Below, one piece after another: positions 52,613 through 62,069 of a stretch of 64,000 bases of DNA. The notes beneath the pieces are model-generated. The model was not told where the DNA came from. It saw only the letters and a program-made list of their open reading frames with translations, and searched no databases. The stretch's first letter is position 1, and the number at the start of each line of letters is the position of its first letter. The DNA is from Deltaproteobacteria bacterium (lineage in GTDB: Bacteria > Myxococcota_A > Polyangia > Fen-1088), in the NCBI GenBank assembly GCA_033763315.1, contig JANRKS010000009.1, positions 288,001 to 352,000 of the forward strand, given 5' to 3'. Position numbers and translations under genes: made by a program.

Positions 52613-54184
52613 ATGGCCAGCGTATTTACCGCCGCCCAAGCGCGGGCGTCAGATCAATTTGTGATGTCCACGTTGGGCTTGCCGGGCGTGGTGTTGATGG
52701 AAAATGCGGGGCGCGGGGTGGCGCGCGTGATTCGCCGGGCGCTGCTCAAGAAGAATCAGACGCTGGCAAACGCCAAAGTTGTTGTGGTGTGTGGTGCGGG
52801 GCAAAACGGTGGCGATGGCTTTGTGATCGCGCGGCACCTGCATCTGATGGGCGCGCGTGTGCAAGTTTATTTGGTGATGCCAGCGGCGAAGATCCAAGGC
52901 GACGCGGCGGTGAACCTGCGGGCATTGCAGGGCCTTGACGAGGTGCCGGTGGACGACGTGAGCGATGTGCTCGACGAAGAAGCCTGGTGGGATTGGCTCA
53001 ACGACGCGGACGTGTTGGTTGACGCGATCTTTGGTACTGGTTTGCGCGCGGACGTTACGGGTGTGCCTGCGGTGGCCATCGCGGCGATGAACGAAAGCCG
53101 CGCGCTGCGTGTGGCTGTGGACGTGCCGTCGGGGCTCAATGCCGACACGGGCCGGGTGCAGGGCGTGGCGGTCAACGCTGACGTCACGGCGACCATGGCC
53201 GTGCGCAAGCTAGGTTTGGTGGTGGATGCCGACGCGCCGGTGGGTGAGGTTGTGGTTGTGGGCCTTGGGGCCCCACCGCATGAGGATCCGGCCTTGGCGC
53301 CGTTTGTGCGTTGGGTGGAACCAGCTTTGGTGAAGGCCTGGCTGCCGGTGTTCGGTGCCGCCGCTCACAAGGGAACACGCGGGCACGTGCTGCTCGTTGC
53401 GGGCTCGGAAGGTAAAACCGGCGCCGCGGCTTTGTGCGGTCGTGCGGCGCTGCGTGCAGGTGCGGGCTTGGTGACTGTGGCCACAACGAAAGCCGCGCAG
53501 ACGGCGGTGGACGCGAAGGTGTGGGAAGTGATGTCAGCGGCATTTACGTCCGTTGATGACGCCACCCCCGACAGCTTCGATGTGGTGATGCGGTTGTCAT
53601 CAAAGATGAAGTCGATCGGCCTTGGCCCAGGTTTGCCCACCGGCCCGGGAACAGCGGCTTTCGTGCAGCGGATGGCGGTGCAATGCGCTTTGCCGATGGT
53701 CATCGATGCAGAAGCGTTGAATCACATCGCTGCCGACCCCGGCGTTTTGATGCAGGCACGTGGGCCCCGCGTATTGACACCGCATCCAGCCGAGATGGCG
53801 CGGCTGTTGGGCGTCACAACAACCGACGTGCAGGCCGATCGCGCGACGGCAGCACGAACGCTGGCGCAGAAAACGCAGGCGATCGTGGTGCTCAAAGGCG
53901 CACGCACCCTGGTTGCTTTGCCGAACGGAACTCTTTATGTGAACCCTGCGGCGTCGCCCGCGCTTGGCACCGCGGGCAGCGGCGACGTTTTGACGGGGGC
54001 AATCGCCGCGTTGTTGGCGCAAGGGCTCACGGCGGAGCAGGCAAGTGTGTGTGGTGTGTTCGTGCACGGCATGGCGGCCGATGACGCCTGTGCTCGCTTG
54101 GGTTTGCAGCACCTTTTGGCCGGCGAGCTGCCTGACGCGTTTGCGCGCGTGCAAGCCGCCCTGCAGTCGGTTCCTCAGATCTGA
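52613..54184 (+). CDS. nnr: Bifunctional NAD(P)HX epimerase/dehydratase
   Basis: LMENAGRG, GQNGGDG, DAIFGTG, DVPSG, HKGTRG, TPHPAEMARL, GTAGSGDVL; SD AAGGAG before ATG 52613. Confidence 0.93.
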   Translation: MASVFTAAQARASDQFVMSTLGLPGVVLMENAGRGVARVIRRALLKKNQTLANAKVVVVCGAGQNGGDGFVIARHLHLMGARVQVYLVMPAAKIQGDAAVNLRALQGLDEVPVDDVSDVLDEEAWWDWLNDADVLVDAIFGTGLRADVTGVPAVAIAAMNESRALRVAVDVPSGLNADTGRVQGVAVNADVTATMAVRKLGLVVDADAPVGEVVVVGLGAPPHEDPALAPFVRWVEPALVKAWLPVFGAAAHKGTRGHVLLVAGSEGKTGAAALCGRAALRAGAGLVTVATTKAAQTAVDAKVWEVMSAAFTSVDDATPDSFDVVMRLSSKMKSIGLGPGLPTGPGTAAFVQRMAVQCALPMVIDAEALNHIAADPGVLMQARGPRVLTPHPAEMARLLGVTTTDVQADRATAARTLAQKTQAIVVLKGARTLVALPNGTLYVNPAASPALGTAGSGDVLTGAIAALLAQGLTAEQASVCGVFVHGMAADDACARLGLQHLLAGELPDAFARVQAALQSVPQI

Positions 54185-56442
54185 ACGCCCAGCACGAATC
54201 CGGGGTACAAGCGGACGGTGGTGTCGCCGTCACGGTAAACCTTCTCAAGCACCCCGAGCCCGGCCTTGTAGTCCATCTTGTTCCAAGACGTTTCCACGTT
54301 GAATGTGGGGCCGAGGGTAAGCGCGAAGTGCTTCGCGACGGAATAACCCAAAACCGCGCGCAAAGTGCCAAGCGTGCTGTCGCGCTCGCCATAGTCGGAA
54401 CTGTTGCCCATCTGCGTGCCGACCACATCGAGATCCACCCACATCGGCCCGCCTGGTGGCGTGATGTGAAAACCAAGACCCAAGTGTGTGCTGTACGTTT
54501 GGCGATCATCGTCGCCCTTGGTGATGCCGCCGCCCAACACAGTGTAGAAGTGTCGCGCGCCGAGTTTCAGGCTCACGTTCGTGCGGCTCGTGTCGCTCGT
54601 ATAGAACGAGAGGCCGTGGTAGCCGTCCCTTACAAAAGGAATGATGCCCACCGAAGCGCCTTCCATAGAATTGGCAACATTCACAACGCCAATCTGCGTG
54701 CCTTTGACTTTTGAGGCCACGTTGACGACGCCAATTTGTGCACCCGTGACAGTGCCACCGATGTTAACCACGCCCATCTGGAGGCTGCCGTCAAGAACGC
54801 CTGCCAGGTTGACGACACCCGCTTGGAACCCCTTGAACTCACCGCGGTTGACGTTTATCACCGCCGGCGCAAAGCCCACGAACTTGCCGCTGTTGTAATT
54901 GATGACGGCCGCTTGCACGCCTTTGAAGTCACCCTCAGACCAATTGAACATCGCGGCCTGCACGCCCGTGAAAGCGCCATGCGATACGTTCAACAGCGCT
55001 CCCGTTTGCAAACCGTAAAAGCCACCCAAGGCCATGTTGACGCCAGATGAGAACTGCGCACCCCTGCCATAGCCGCGTGACAGGTTAAGTCCTGTGGCGA
55101 ATTGGGCGCCATGCATTTCGCCTTCAACGATGTTGCCGCCCAGCGATAGCTGCACCCCGCGCAGTTCGTCTGAATGGCCAAGCAGGCCCAAAACAAACCT
55201 GTGGCGCACCTTTTGTTCGGGATGCCCAGACAGACGCACGCCCGGGGCTGCGACCAGATCGAAAGCCACATCGCGCAGCGGCTGCGCTTCGGATTCACCA
55301 TCACCGCGTAAGGTCGCCACAAACGAAGTGGTGGGCGCAAAGTCGTTCTGTGCCAGCTGACGGCGCTTGCCTTTTTCGAGCGTCACGTTGGTTTCAAAAG
55401 GACGGCCATCGGCATCAAGCAGCACACGGTACGTGCCTGGGCCGAGGCCGAGTTCCACGGGATAAACAGGCTCTTTGCGCAACTCAACCAACAGGCGCCC
55501 GGCGGCGTCTCGCACGTAGATGCGTCCAGAGAGCGTTTCGTTGAGCACCAACGTGGCGTCGGTGGCGCGCAGATCCGTCATCACCAGATCGCCCGTGCCA
55601 GCGAGTTGAATGTCGTACGCAGCATGTTGAGCGCCCGCGTGGCTCTTTTCTGTGCGGCGCAGGGTTTCGTCGTAAGCGAACTGATACGCTTCACCCAACG
55701 TCACCTTGCCGTCGCGGCTGCTGTCGGCGGCGCCGCGCAAACCAGAAACCAAATAATGTGTGAAGAAGGCCGCTCCCACGCGGTCTGATTCTTGGGCCGA
55801 TTCATCGGCGGAGCTGGCCGTTAAGAACGCGTGGCCACGAGCGTCGCTGCTGACGTCTGCAAGGAACGGCGCGCGCATGGCGCCGCCCTTGAGGCGAATC
55901 ATGGCGCCCGACGAACATGAATCCAAAATGGCGATGCGTACGTCGGCGCCCAAATCTTGAATCCACTGGCGAAGCTCGCGGTACGTGATGCGGTCGCTGC
56001 CCAGCAACAGGCCCTCTTCGTCAGAGTGGCCCGAGTAATACACGAACAATTCTTTGCGCGTGCCGGGTGCCTGCGCTTCTTGCAAGCGTGTGCGCAGCTT
56101 ATCAAAGCCGATCTCCACACTGGTGCGGTTGGCGTTTGGCAACATGATGAGATCGCGCGGATCCAATCCGCCCAATTGCATGAGCACATCCGACATGGCC
56201 TTGGCGTCAGAGTTGGCAAAGCGCAATTGTGCGCGGCTGCCACCGCCATTGTTTGAGGAAGCGATGAGCGCGTACCGACGCAGGTGCGATGATGGTGCAT
56301 GCGCATCGGCAAGCGCCGCGCGATCGACGAGGCAAAGCAGCGCAACGACGATCGCAAAAGCCAGAAGCAGACGTGCGATGAACAGCGACAGCGCTTGCGA
56401 TGCAAAGGCGGGCGCGCGAACAACGGTGCGAGAAGGCATCAC
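54175..56442 (-). CDS. Exported caspase-family (peptidase C14) protease fused to GxQxGxxN repeats and probable C-terminal outer-membrane beta-barrel
   Basis: Signal/TM segment, LRFANSDA, YYSGHSD (His), ILDSCSSG (Cys), FTHYLVSGLRGAAD; about 12 repeats of 14-16 aa; amphipathic strands ending PGFVLGVQI. Confidence 0.85.
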   Translation of the reverse strand: MMPSRTVVRAPAFASQALSLFIARLLLAFAIVVALLCLVDRAALADAHAPSSHLRRYALIASSNNGGGSRAQLRFANSDAKAMSDVLMQLGGLDPRDLIMLPNANRTSVEIGFDKLRTRLQEAQAPGTRKELFVYYSGHSDEEGLLLGSDRITYRELRQWIQDLGADVRIAILDSCSSGAMIRLKGGAMRAPFLADVSSDARGHAFLTASSADESAQESDRVGAAFFTHYLVSGLRGAADSSRDGKVTLGEAYQFAYDETLRRTEKSHAGAQHAAYDIQLAGTGDLVMTDLRATDATLVLNETLSGRIYVRDAAGRLLVELRKEPVYPVELGLGPGTYRVLLDADGRPFETNVTLEKGKRRQLAQNDFAPTTSFVATLRGDGESEAQPLRDVAFDLVAAPGVRLSGHPEQKVRHRFVLGLLGHSDELRGVQLSLGGNIVEGEMHGAQFATGLNLSRGYGRGAQFSSGVNMALGGFYGLQTGALLNVSHGAFTGVQAAMFNWSEGDFKGVQAAVINYNSGKFVGFAPAVINVNRGEFKGFQAGVVNLAGVLDGSLQMGVVNIGGTVTGAQIGVVNVASKVKGTQIGVVNVANSMEGASVGIIPFVRDGYHGLSFYTSDTSRTNVSLKLGARHFYTVLGGGITKGDDDRQTYSTHLGLGFHITPPGGPMWVDLDVVGTQMGNSSDYGERDSTLGTLRAVLGYSVAKHFALTLGPTFNVETSWNKMDYKAGLGVLEKVYRDGDTTVRLYPGFVLGVQI
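54633..55170 (-). repeat. Tandem 14-16 aa GxQxG/AxxN coding repeats (beta-solenoid-like)
   Basis: e.g. GDFKGVQAAVINYN, GEFKGFQAGVVNLA, TVTGAQIGVVNVA, KVKGTQIGVVNVA. Confidence 0.8.
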
Positions 56443-57218
56443 TGTGGGTCCTTTTTGAAGGTCACTTGGAAGCTGGTGGTGTCGGCAGGCAACGCCGCGC
56501 CCGTTTGCAGCGCGGTTGTGATGGTTTGCGATTCAAACGGCGTGGGCGAAAGCACCAGCCAAAACCGTTCAAACCCTTTGGAGTTATCCAACTCGTAGGC
56601 GTTGGGAAGGCGGTTTTCACCGTTGGTTTGCAACGTGGGTGCGCGCCCAGGCACCGAAGGAAGATGCAGCGTGGTGGTGTTCGCTGCGTCGATGGACACG
56701 ATCACGCCATAAGGGGCTGCCGCGCCTTGGGCGTTGGGGGGGACCACGTAAGCCACTTGCAGCACGTCGCCTGGGTGAACAACATCTTGCGCGGTTAGGC
56801 GTTCAGGTGCGCCTTCGCGTTTGCGATAGACGACGAGGTGAGGCTTGGCGCCTTTGATGTTGATTGTTTCTTCGCCCACGTCAGTCACCAAGGTGGTGGT
56901 TGAGCGTGGCGCCACAGCGATGAGGACCAGTGCACCCACAGCGCCGAGCGCGAGGGCCGGTAAGACGAACGGGCGCCGCGCGGGCTTGTTCGTTTGTTGA
57001 CCGGATCGACGACGGATTTCGTTCGCCATCCAGTGCGGTGGGTGACGGGAGAAGATCTCGTCGTCTGACTTGGCCAAGTTTTCCATGGCTGCGGCGAGGC
57101 CGCCTGGTTGTTGTTCAAGTCGTTGCCGTAACTCTTCTGCCTGAGCTTGCGGCAATTCGCCTTTGGCCAGACGTTCAAGCAGATATTGCGGCACGGGCGT
57201 GTGTTGGCGGTTTGTCAT
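56439..57218 (-). CDS. Membrane anti-sigma-like protein (ActD-like, DUF4384-type periplasmic domain)
   Basis: LLERLAKGELP N-terminal helix bundle, single TM, IKG motif, PGDVLQVAY, VIVSID...TLHLP, AYELD...ERF; TAATG-coupled to the sigma gene. Confidence 0.75.
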   Translation of the reverse strand: MTNRQHTPVPQYLLERLAKGELPQAQAEELRQRLEQQPGGLAAAMENLAKSDDEIFSRHPPHWMANEIRRRSGQQTNKPARRPFVLPALALGAVGALVLIAVAPRSTTTLVTDVGEETINIKGAKPHLVVYRKREGAPERLTAQDVVHPGDVLQVAYVVPPNAQGAAAPYGVIVSIDAANTTTLHLPSVPGRAPTLQTNGENRLPNAYELDNSKGFERFWLVLSPTPFESQTITTALQTGAALPADTTSFQVTFKKDPQ

Positions 57219-57739
57219 TAATGCACCAAACTTGCGGGAAGGTCTGTGGCTGCCTCTTGTGGCAGACGTTCTTTGAGCACACGCAAACGCTTGCGCACAC
57301 CCGAAACGGAAAGCCCCACCTCCGCCGCCACCTCTTCCAAGGTCAATCGGTCCACGTAGTGCAAAACGGCGATGAGTTGCGTTGATGGAGGTGTGCCTGA
57401 AAACAGGCGCTGCAACACCCGGCGCCCCAGCGACAAGCTTTCACTGTCGCCGCCTTCGCCGAGCCCACTGATGTGGTGAAGCATCACGGTATCGGGATCG
57501 GTTTCGTGCTCGGGGTGCCGCTTCTCGGTCCGCAGCCGGTTGAGGCACACATTTGTGGCCGCTTTGAGCAGCAGCCCCGCGGGAGCTTCTTGGGTGAGTG
57601 TGTCTTGGCGACGCAGCATTACTACGAATGTGTCTTGCATGGCATCCAGGGCTTTCCCCTCGTCTTTGAGCAGGCGGCGACAGCGCCGCAGGACCATCGG
57701 TCCGAACTGCCTGTAGAGGTTTTCAACGTCGAGCGCCAT
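57218..57739 (-). CDS. ECF RNA polymerase sigma factor
   Basis: ATG 57739: LYRQFGPMVLRRCRRLL..ALDAMQDTF, ATNVCLNRLR, LTLEEVAAEVGLSVSGVRKRL. Confidence 0.9.
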   Translation of the reverse strand: MALDVENLYRQFGPMVLRRCRRLLKDEGKALDAMQDTFVVMLRRQDTLTQEAPAGLLLKAATNVCLNRLRTEKRHPEHETDPDTVMLHHISGLGEGGDSESLSLGRRVLQRLFSGTPPSTQLIAVLHYVDRLTLEEVAAEVGLSVSGVRKRLRVLKERLPQEAATDLPASLVH

Positions 57740-57759
57740 TGGTGGGGTTCTTAACCTGA

Positions 57760-57787
57760 AACACCGGCGCGGAAAGAAAGTGTTACC
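57760..57787 (-). promoter_or_regulatory. Putative autoregulatory ECF promoter GGTAAC-N16-GGTGTT
   Basis: GGTAACactttctttccgcgccGGTGTT, 20 nt before the sigma ATG; recurs at 61428-61455. Confidence 0.75.
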
Positions 57788-57834
57788 GCGAAGATCAAAA
57801 AAATTTTGGCTCCACTGGCCCGGCGCGCTACGCG

Positions 57835-58902
57835 TCACGGGAGGACTTGGATGCTCATCTGTCGCCAGCCGGTGCCGCCACGCAGGTCGCGGACCACCAT
57901 CCACAGTGACACCATGCCGCCGGTGGCAGCCGGGGGAACGTCGGGCGCTGTGAACACGTTGTCGAACGTCTTTGTGAGGGCCGCGGCGGTGCGGTCGGAG
58001 CCCAGGGCACCCGCTGTGGCAAACCACGAGACGACGGGCTGCTCCTTCGTTTCGATGATTTCAAGCCGGCTGTCCTGCAAGGCCGACTCGATGCTTTGGT
58101 AAGGCTCAAACGCGCCCTCTGAAAGGGTGGGCAGCAAGCGCACCTTCTCCTTGGCCCTCATAACCAACGCGCCATCAACGGGCGCAAACGGGAGGCCTGC
58201 TGTGCTTCCGCGGGCAACGGACACGGAGGTGATCTGCGGGTTCTGGTTGGGCGTGCGCGGACGCACGGCAAGGCAACCTGGTACCGGTGCGTTTGCCTCA
58301 CATACCCGAAAGCCGAAAGTGGTCGACAGCTCGGGGTTCCACTGGGATAGGTCCAACGCGTTTAATGTCACGCGCTTTTGCACCGTCACAGTTTGCGGCC
58401 CGGCGTTCACAGTCAACACGGCCGACGGCCACGCCCCGTTGCCCAAGCCCATGGCCGAAGCGTCGAGGTGATAAGTGAACAGCTCTGCGGGCCACGCGGA
58501 AGCAAACGGGGCCACATCTTGCGCGCCGATGCCTTTGTCGGCCGCGGGCGTGCTTGTGCCCGTCATCGCCTGCGCAAACAGGGCGTCCAGCATGGGCCGC
58601 AGGGGCTGGGGCGCTTGATCACGAAGCGCCGGAAAGTTCGTGCACGCTTCGGCAGAATCCACCGGGCAGAACCGCCACGCGAAGGTCGCAGGCGCACCGC
58701 CGCGTGGATCGTCCACCAAGGCGGTGAACGTCACTTGCGGCGCGCTCCAGCCGGCTGTGCGATCGAACAGCACCTCCGGAGGCTCAGCCGCCACGGCCAA
58801 CACGCGCAGGTCTTTGACTTCGGTGGGCTTGTCGCTGGGCTCACCGCAGGCAGCCACAAGCGTCGCGCTGGCTAAGAGTGAGAAAATAAGTGGGGTTTTC
58901 AT
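57835..58902 (-). CDS. Lipoprotein partner of the TonB-dependent receptor
   Basis: Lipobox LVAAC; VKDLRVLAVAAEPPE, NQNP, SWFATAG, WMVVRDLRGGTGW; TGATG-coupled to the receptor gene. Confidence 0.78.
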   Translation of the reverse strand: MKTPLIFSLLASATLVAACGEPSDKPTEVKDLRVLAVAAEPPEVLFDRTAGWSAPQVTFTALVDDPRGGAPATFAWRFCPVDSAEACTNFPALRDQAPQPLRPMLDALFAQAMTGTSTPAADKGIGAQDVAPFASAWPAELFTYHLDASAMGLGNGAWPSAVLTVNAGPQTVTVQKRVTLNALDLSQWNPELSTTFGFRVCEANAPVPGCLAVRPRTPNQNPQITSVSVARGSTAGLPFAPVDGALVMRAKEKVRLLPTLSEGAFEPYQSIESALQDSRLEIIETKEQPVVSWFATAGALGSDRTAAALTKTFDNVFTAPDVPPAATGGMVSLWMVVRDLRGGTGWRQMSIQVLP

Positions 58903-61397
58903 CAGATTTCACCTTTCACGCCCACGATGGGCAATACGGGCAGGCCACGAAGCTCGGTGCGCTCTGCATAACGGTAGTCGTATCCAACGGCCTCCACGGG
59001 ACGCCGGTTGTACGTGTTCATCACTTCCAAATAGCTGGTCAAGCTCCAGCCTTTGAAGTCCCAACGCTTGTCGAAGCGCAGGTCCAGGCGATGGAACGTA
59101 GGCAACCGTTCAGACGCACGCGCCACGGAGCCGTTTTGCACTTTATAGGTATCGCTATCAGCGTCGAAGTGGGAGCGGCCCTTCTCAAGTGGCGTTGTAG
59201 GGTTGCCAGATACGAGTTGGAAGCGGAAACCGAGTGACATCTTCCACGGCAATTGCCACGCGCCCACCGCCGTGAGGATGTGTGTTTGATCGAACGGCGA
59301 AAGATACGTGCTGGCCACTTTCGGCAGTTCATAAAGCCGGGCCGATCCTGGATCGACGCTGGCGTATTGGTTGATGCCGCCGAGCGTGGCCGTGCGATCT
59401 GTGCGCGTGGAGCGCGACAAGGTATACGCCACCCAGCCGTTGAAACGCCGGTGCTCGGCCGGGTTGCGCTTCACCATCAATTCAAGGCCATACGAATGCC
59501 CGCGGCCGTCGCTCTTGAACAGCACAGGCGTGGCCTTGCCATCTTTGTAGGTCACTTCATCTGTGGGCGAGGGCAGATTGGATCGCCACACATTGAACAC
59601 CTCGGCGCTTAGGTTCACGGCTTCGAGACTTCGTTCGGCGCCGCTCGTTATATGCACGGCTTTTTCAGCCGAAAGATTGGGCTGGCCAAAACCATCAACC
59701 ATCACGCCCGAAAAAAGATCGGGCAGTTTTTGGTAAACGCCGGCCGAGGCTTTCACCGATGTTTGCTCGTTGATTTGCCAGCGGCTCGCCAAGCGCGGCT
59801 GGAACGTGAAGCGTTCGGTGCTGTCGAAATCCAAGTGATCCACGCGCAAGCCAGGCGTCAAGGTCACATCGGGATGAGGGTTGACGACAAGCTCCGTCCA
59901 ATAGCCCTGGTGCAGATCTGTGTTGCCGTCCTTCCATGGGTCTTGTCGAGTGGGATCCACGATCAACGGCGATGGGTACGTGCGACCGAGGTTCGGCAGC
60001 TCGGTAATGAAGTCGGCGCTCCAATGGTAAAGCTGGCTGTCGATGCCGGCGCGCAACTTTATATAGGGGGAAAACGCATAGGTCGCAGTTTCTTTCCAGC
60101 TCAAGCTTGTGATCGTCACGCCCGAACGGTGTTGCGTATCGAGCTCTGCTGATTTGTCGCCGAAGTCCTGCTTCAGCAAGCCCGGCGTCAGCGCGGATTC
60201 AAGCGTTAGTTTGTTGCCAAAATACGTGTGCCGCACTTGCAAACGGTGAAATTGCACGCCGCCTGAGAGTGAGAAGTCAGCGTCTTCGGCTGATGTGGCA
60301 CGCACGACTTTAAGCGTGTCGCGGGCTCCAAAGGCAAAGATGTCCCAACGTTGGTGGGCGTCGTGGTGTTCAGCTTTGATCTGATAATCAAGGTAGGCGG
60401 GGGTCACGATGGTGGGGCTTTCACCGTCCTTGGCGGCCCCCTCAAGCAGTGCGGGCAAAAACGCATCCACGTAAGAACGGCGCCCGGCGAGCGCGAGCTT
60501 CCACGATCCCAGCGGCACGCACGTGAAGGCTTCTGCATCAATCGGATCGATCGAGGCCAGCGCGCGTGTGCGGTCGCAAGTTAACGGCTTGGTTTGCACA
60601 TCCACGATGCCCGCCGTGGCACGACCATACTGCGCGCCAAAGCCGCCTGGCATGAAGGTGATGCCACCTAAGAACTCAGCGTTGATCACCGACGTTAGGC
60701 CGCCGAAGTGATAAAGCAGCGGCACTTCAACACCATCGATGTACACGCCGCTATCAGCAGGGTTGGCCCCGCGCACGATTAACGCCCCACCAATCCCTCC
60801 GGGCGCGCGGTTCATACCGGGCAGGTTCTCGACCACGCGCACCGGATCGCCCATCGTCCCGGGCACCGTCTTGATTTCACTGTCCGTGAGCACGATCTCC
60901 GTGACTTCACGCTTGGGACGCGACGCTTTTGCCTTCACCTCGAACACCACCGCCTCGGCTTGTGTCAGGCGGTAGCGCACGGGCACGTCCACGTTGGCGT
61001 CGATTTGCACCTCACCGTCTTTCGGATCGTATTCACCGCTCATCACCAACACGCTGTGCGGGCCCGTACGCAAGGGACGCACCAACAGGTTGCCGTCGGC
61101 GTCGGTTTCACCGCGCGCGTCGCCGTCAATCATCACGGTTGCGCCGGGCACTGGCTCTCCCGTCTTCCCGTCAACGAGCGTCAGCCGCAAGCCGCCGTGC
61201 TGTTTGATCTGCACAGGCGGCGGTGGTGCCATTTCGGTTGGTGCGGCGGGCGTCGCCTCGGGCGGGGGCGAGGTTTCCGTGGGCGTGTCGGTTGGCCCTT
61301 CCGCTTGCGGCGGCGCGGGATCCTGTGCCAAGGCGGCGTGCGCCCAGGCAGGCAGGGCGAGCACGCAAGCGATCGTCAGTCTGATTGTCTTCTTCAT
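58902..61397 (-). CDS. TonB-dependent receptor with N-terminal carboxypeptidase-regulatory-like domain
   Basis: Signal peptide; plug motifs VPGTMGDPVRVVENLPG, IVRG, LYHFGG, PGGFGAQYGRATAG; barrel ending LDLRFDK...PIVGVKGEI. Confidence 0.92.
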   Translation of the reverse strand: MKKTIRLTIACVLALPAWAHAALAQDPAPPQAEGPTDTPTETSPPPEATPAAPTEMAPPPPVQIKQHGGLRLTLVDGKTGEPVPGATVMIDGDARGETDADGNLLVRPLRTGPHSVLVMSGEYDPKDGEVQIDANVDVPVRYRLTQAEAVVFEVKAKASRPKREVTEIVLTDSEIKTVPGTMGDPVRVVENLPGMNRAPGGIGGALIVRGANPADSGVYIDGVEVPLLYHFGGLTSVINAEFLGGITFMPGGFGAQYGRATAGIVDVQTKPLTCDRTRALASIDPIDAEAFTCVPLGSWKLALAGRRSYVDAFLPALLEGAAKDGESPTIVTPAYLDYQIKAEHHDAHQRWDIFAFGARDTLKVVRATSAEDADFSLSGGVQFHRLQVRHTYFGNKLTLESALTPGLLKQDFGDKSAELDTQHRSGVTITSLSWKETATYAFSPYIKLRAGIDSQLYHWSADFITELPNLGRTYPSPLIVDPTRQDPWKDGNTDLHQGYWTELVVNPHPDVTLTPGLRVDHLDFDSTERFTFQPRLASRWQINEQTSVKASAGVYQKLPDLFSGVMVDGFGQPNLSAEKAVHITSGAERSLEAVNLSAEVFNVWRSNLPSPTDEVTYKDGKATPVLFKSDGRGHSYGLELMVKRNPAEHRRFNGWVAYTLSRSTRTDRTATLGGINQYASVDPGSARLYELPKVASTYLSPFDQTHILTAVGAWQLPWKMSLGFRFQLVSGNPTTPLEKGRSHFDADSDTYKVQNGSVARASERLPTFHRLDLRFDKRWDFKGWSLTSYLEVMNTYNRRPVEAVGYDYRYAERTELRGLPVLPIVGVKGEI

Positions 61398-61427
61398 GGT
61401 CCGTCCGATGTGGGGATTCCTCCCAAG

Positions 61428-61455
61428 AACACCGGCGGATGAAAAAGCTGTTACC
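61428..61455 (-). promoter_or_regulatory. Putative ECF promoter GGTAAC-N16-GGTGTT
   Basis: GGTAACagctttttcatccgccGGTGTT, 30 nt before the receptor ATG. Confidence 0.75.
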
Positions 61456-61530
61456 TAGAACTCAACGCCGTTAGAAGGTGCTGCCGACCCCGGAATAGGG
61501 GTTGCGTCCGGTGCTGGCTGAAGGGCGATG

Positions 61531-62013
61531 TCATGGAACGGACGTCTCTTCGAGGGCCGCCAGCAACCGCAGCAGCGTTGCATGCATGTGCTTCGCATCG
61601 GCGGTCCCAATCACGTTGCCTAGCTGCGCTTCAAGCTCGCCCAACATGGCCAAACCCATGAGCAGCCCCTTTTTCCCGCGTGCCGAAAACATCACCAACC
61701 GCGCGCGGCCATCGGCCGGATCCGCCACTTGCTCAAGCAGGCCCATTTCCACCAGCTCCTCCACCAATTGCCCCACGGCCTGCTTGCTGATACCCACACG
61801 TTCCGCCAAGACACCGGGCCGCGTTCCTTGCAGATCAATATGGGGGAACAAAGCTGTGTGTGAGGGCCGCACGTGTTGTTTGGTCCGTTTTTGCAAAAGT
61901 GCCAGCGCGCGCTCGTTGAGTAGACGCGCACACTTGAACAGCACCTGCGCCCAAGAAGCATTCTTGGCGACGGCAAGCGCGGCGGCAAACTCATCGGAAG
62001 GGGGGGCTGGCAT
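61531..62013 (-). CDS. MarR family transcriptional regulator
   Basis: LAERVGISKQAVGQLVEELVEMGLL..DPADGRARLV.FSARG; ATG 62013 (alternative TTG 62022). Confidence 0.9.
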   Translation of the reverse strand: MPAPPSDEFAAALAVAKNASWAQVLFKCARLLNERALALLQKRTKQHVRPSHTALFPHIDLQGTRPGVLAERVGISKQAVGQLVEELVEMGLLEQVADPADGRARLVMFSARGKKGLLMGLAMLGELEAQLGNVIGTADAKHMHATLLRLLAALEETSVP

Positions 62014-62022
62014 ATGGTCCAA

Positions 62023-62064
62023 TAGTAAAGTGCACTTGACTAATTCGTCAAGTTTGCTTTACTA
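62023..62064. promoter_or_regulatory. Palindromic MarR operator overlapping divergent promoters
   Basis: TAGTAAAG-tgc-ACTTGAC-taattc-GTCAAGT-ttg-CTTTACTA fills most of the intergenic gap; TTGAC on both strands. Confidence 0.75.
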
Positions 62065-62069
62065 AACCC

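Noticed and set aside
57740-58027. 96-aa N-terminal extension of the ECF ORF
   Set aside because: Overlaps the lipoprotein gene and the promoter motif; the true start is ATG 57739
61456-61530. Short minus-strand frames ending PYSGVGSTF* or GVEF*, like a relic outer-membrane protein C-terminus
   Set aside because: Too short to distinguish from chance
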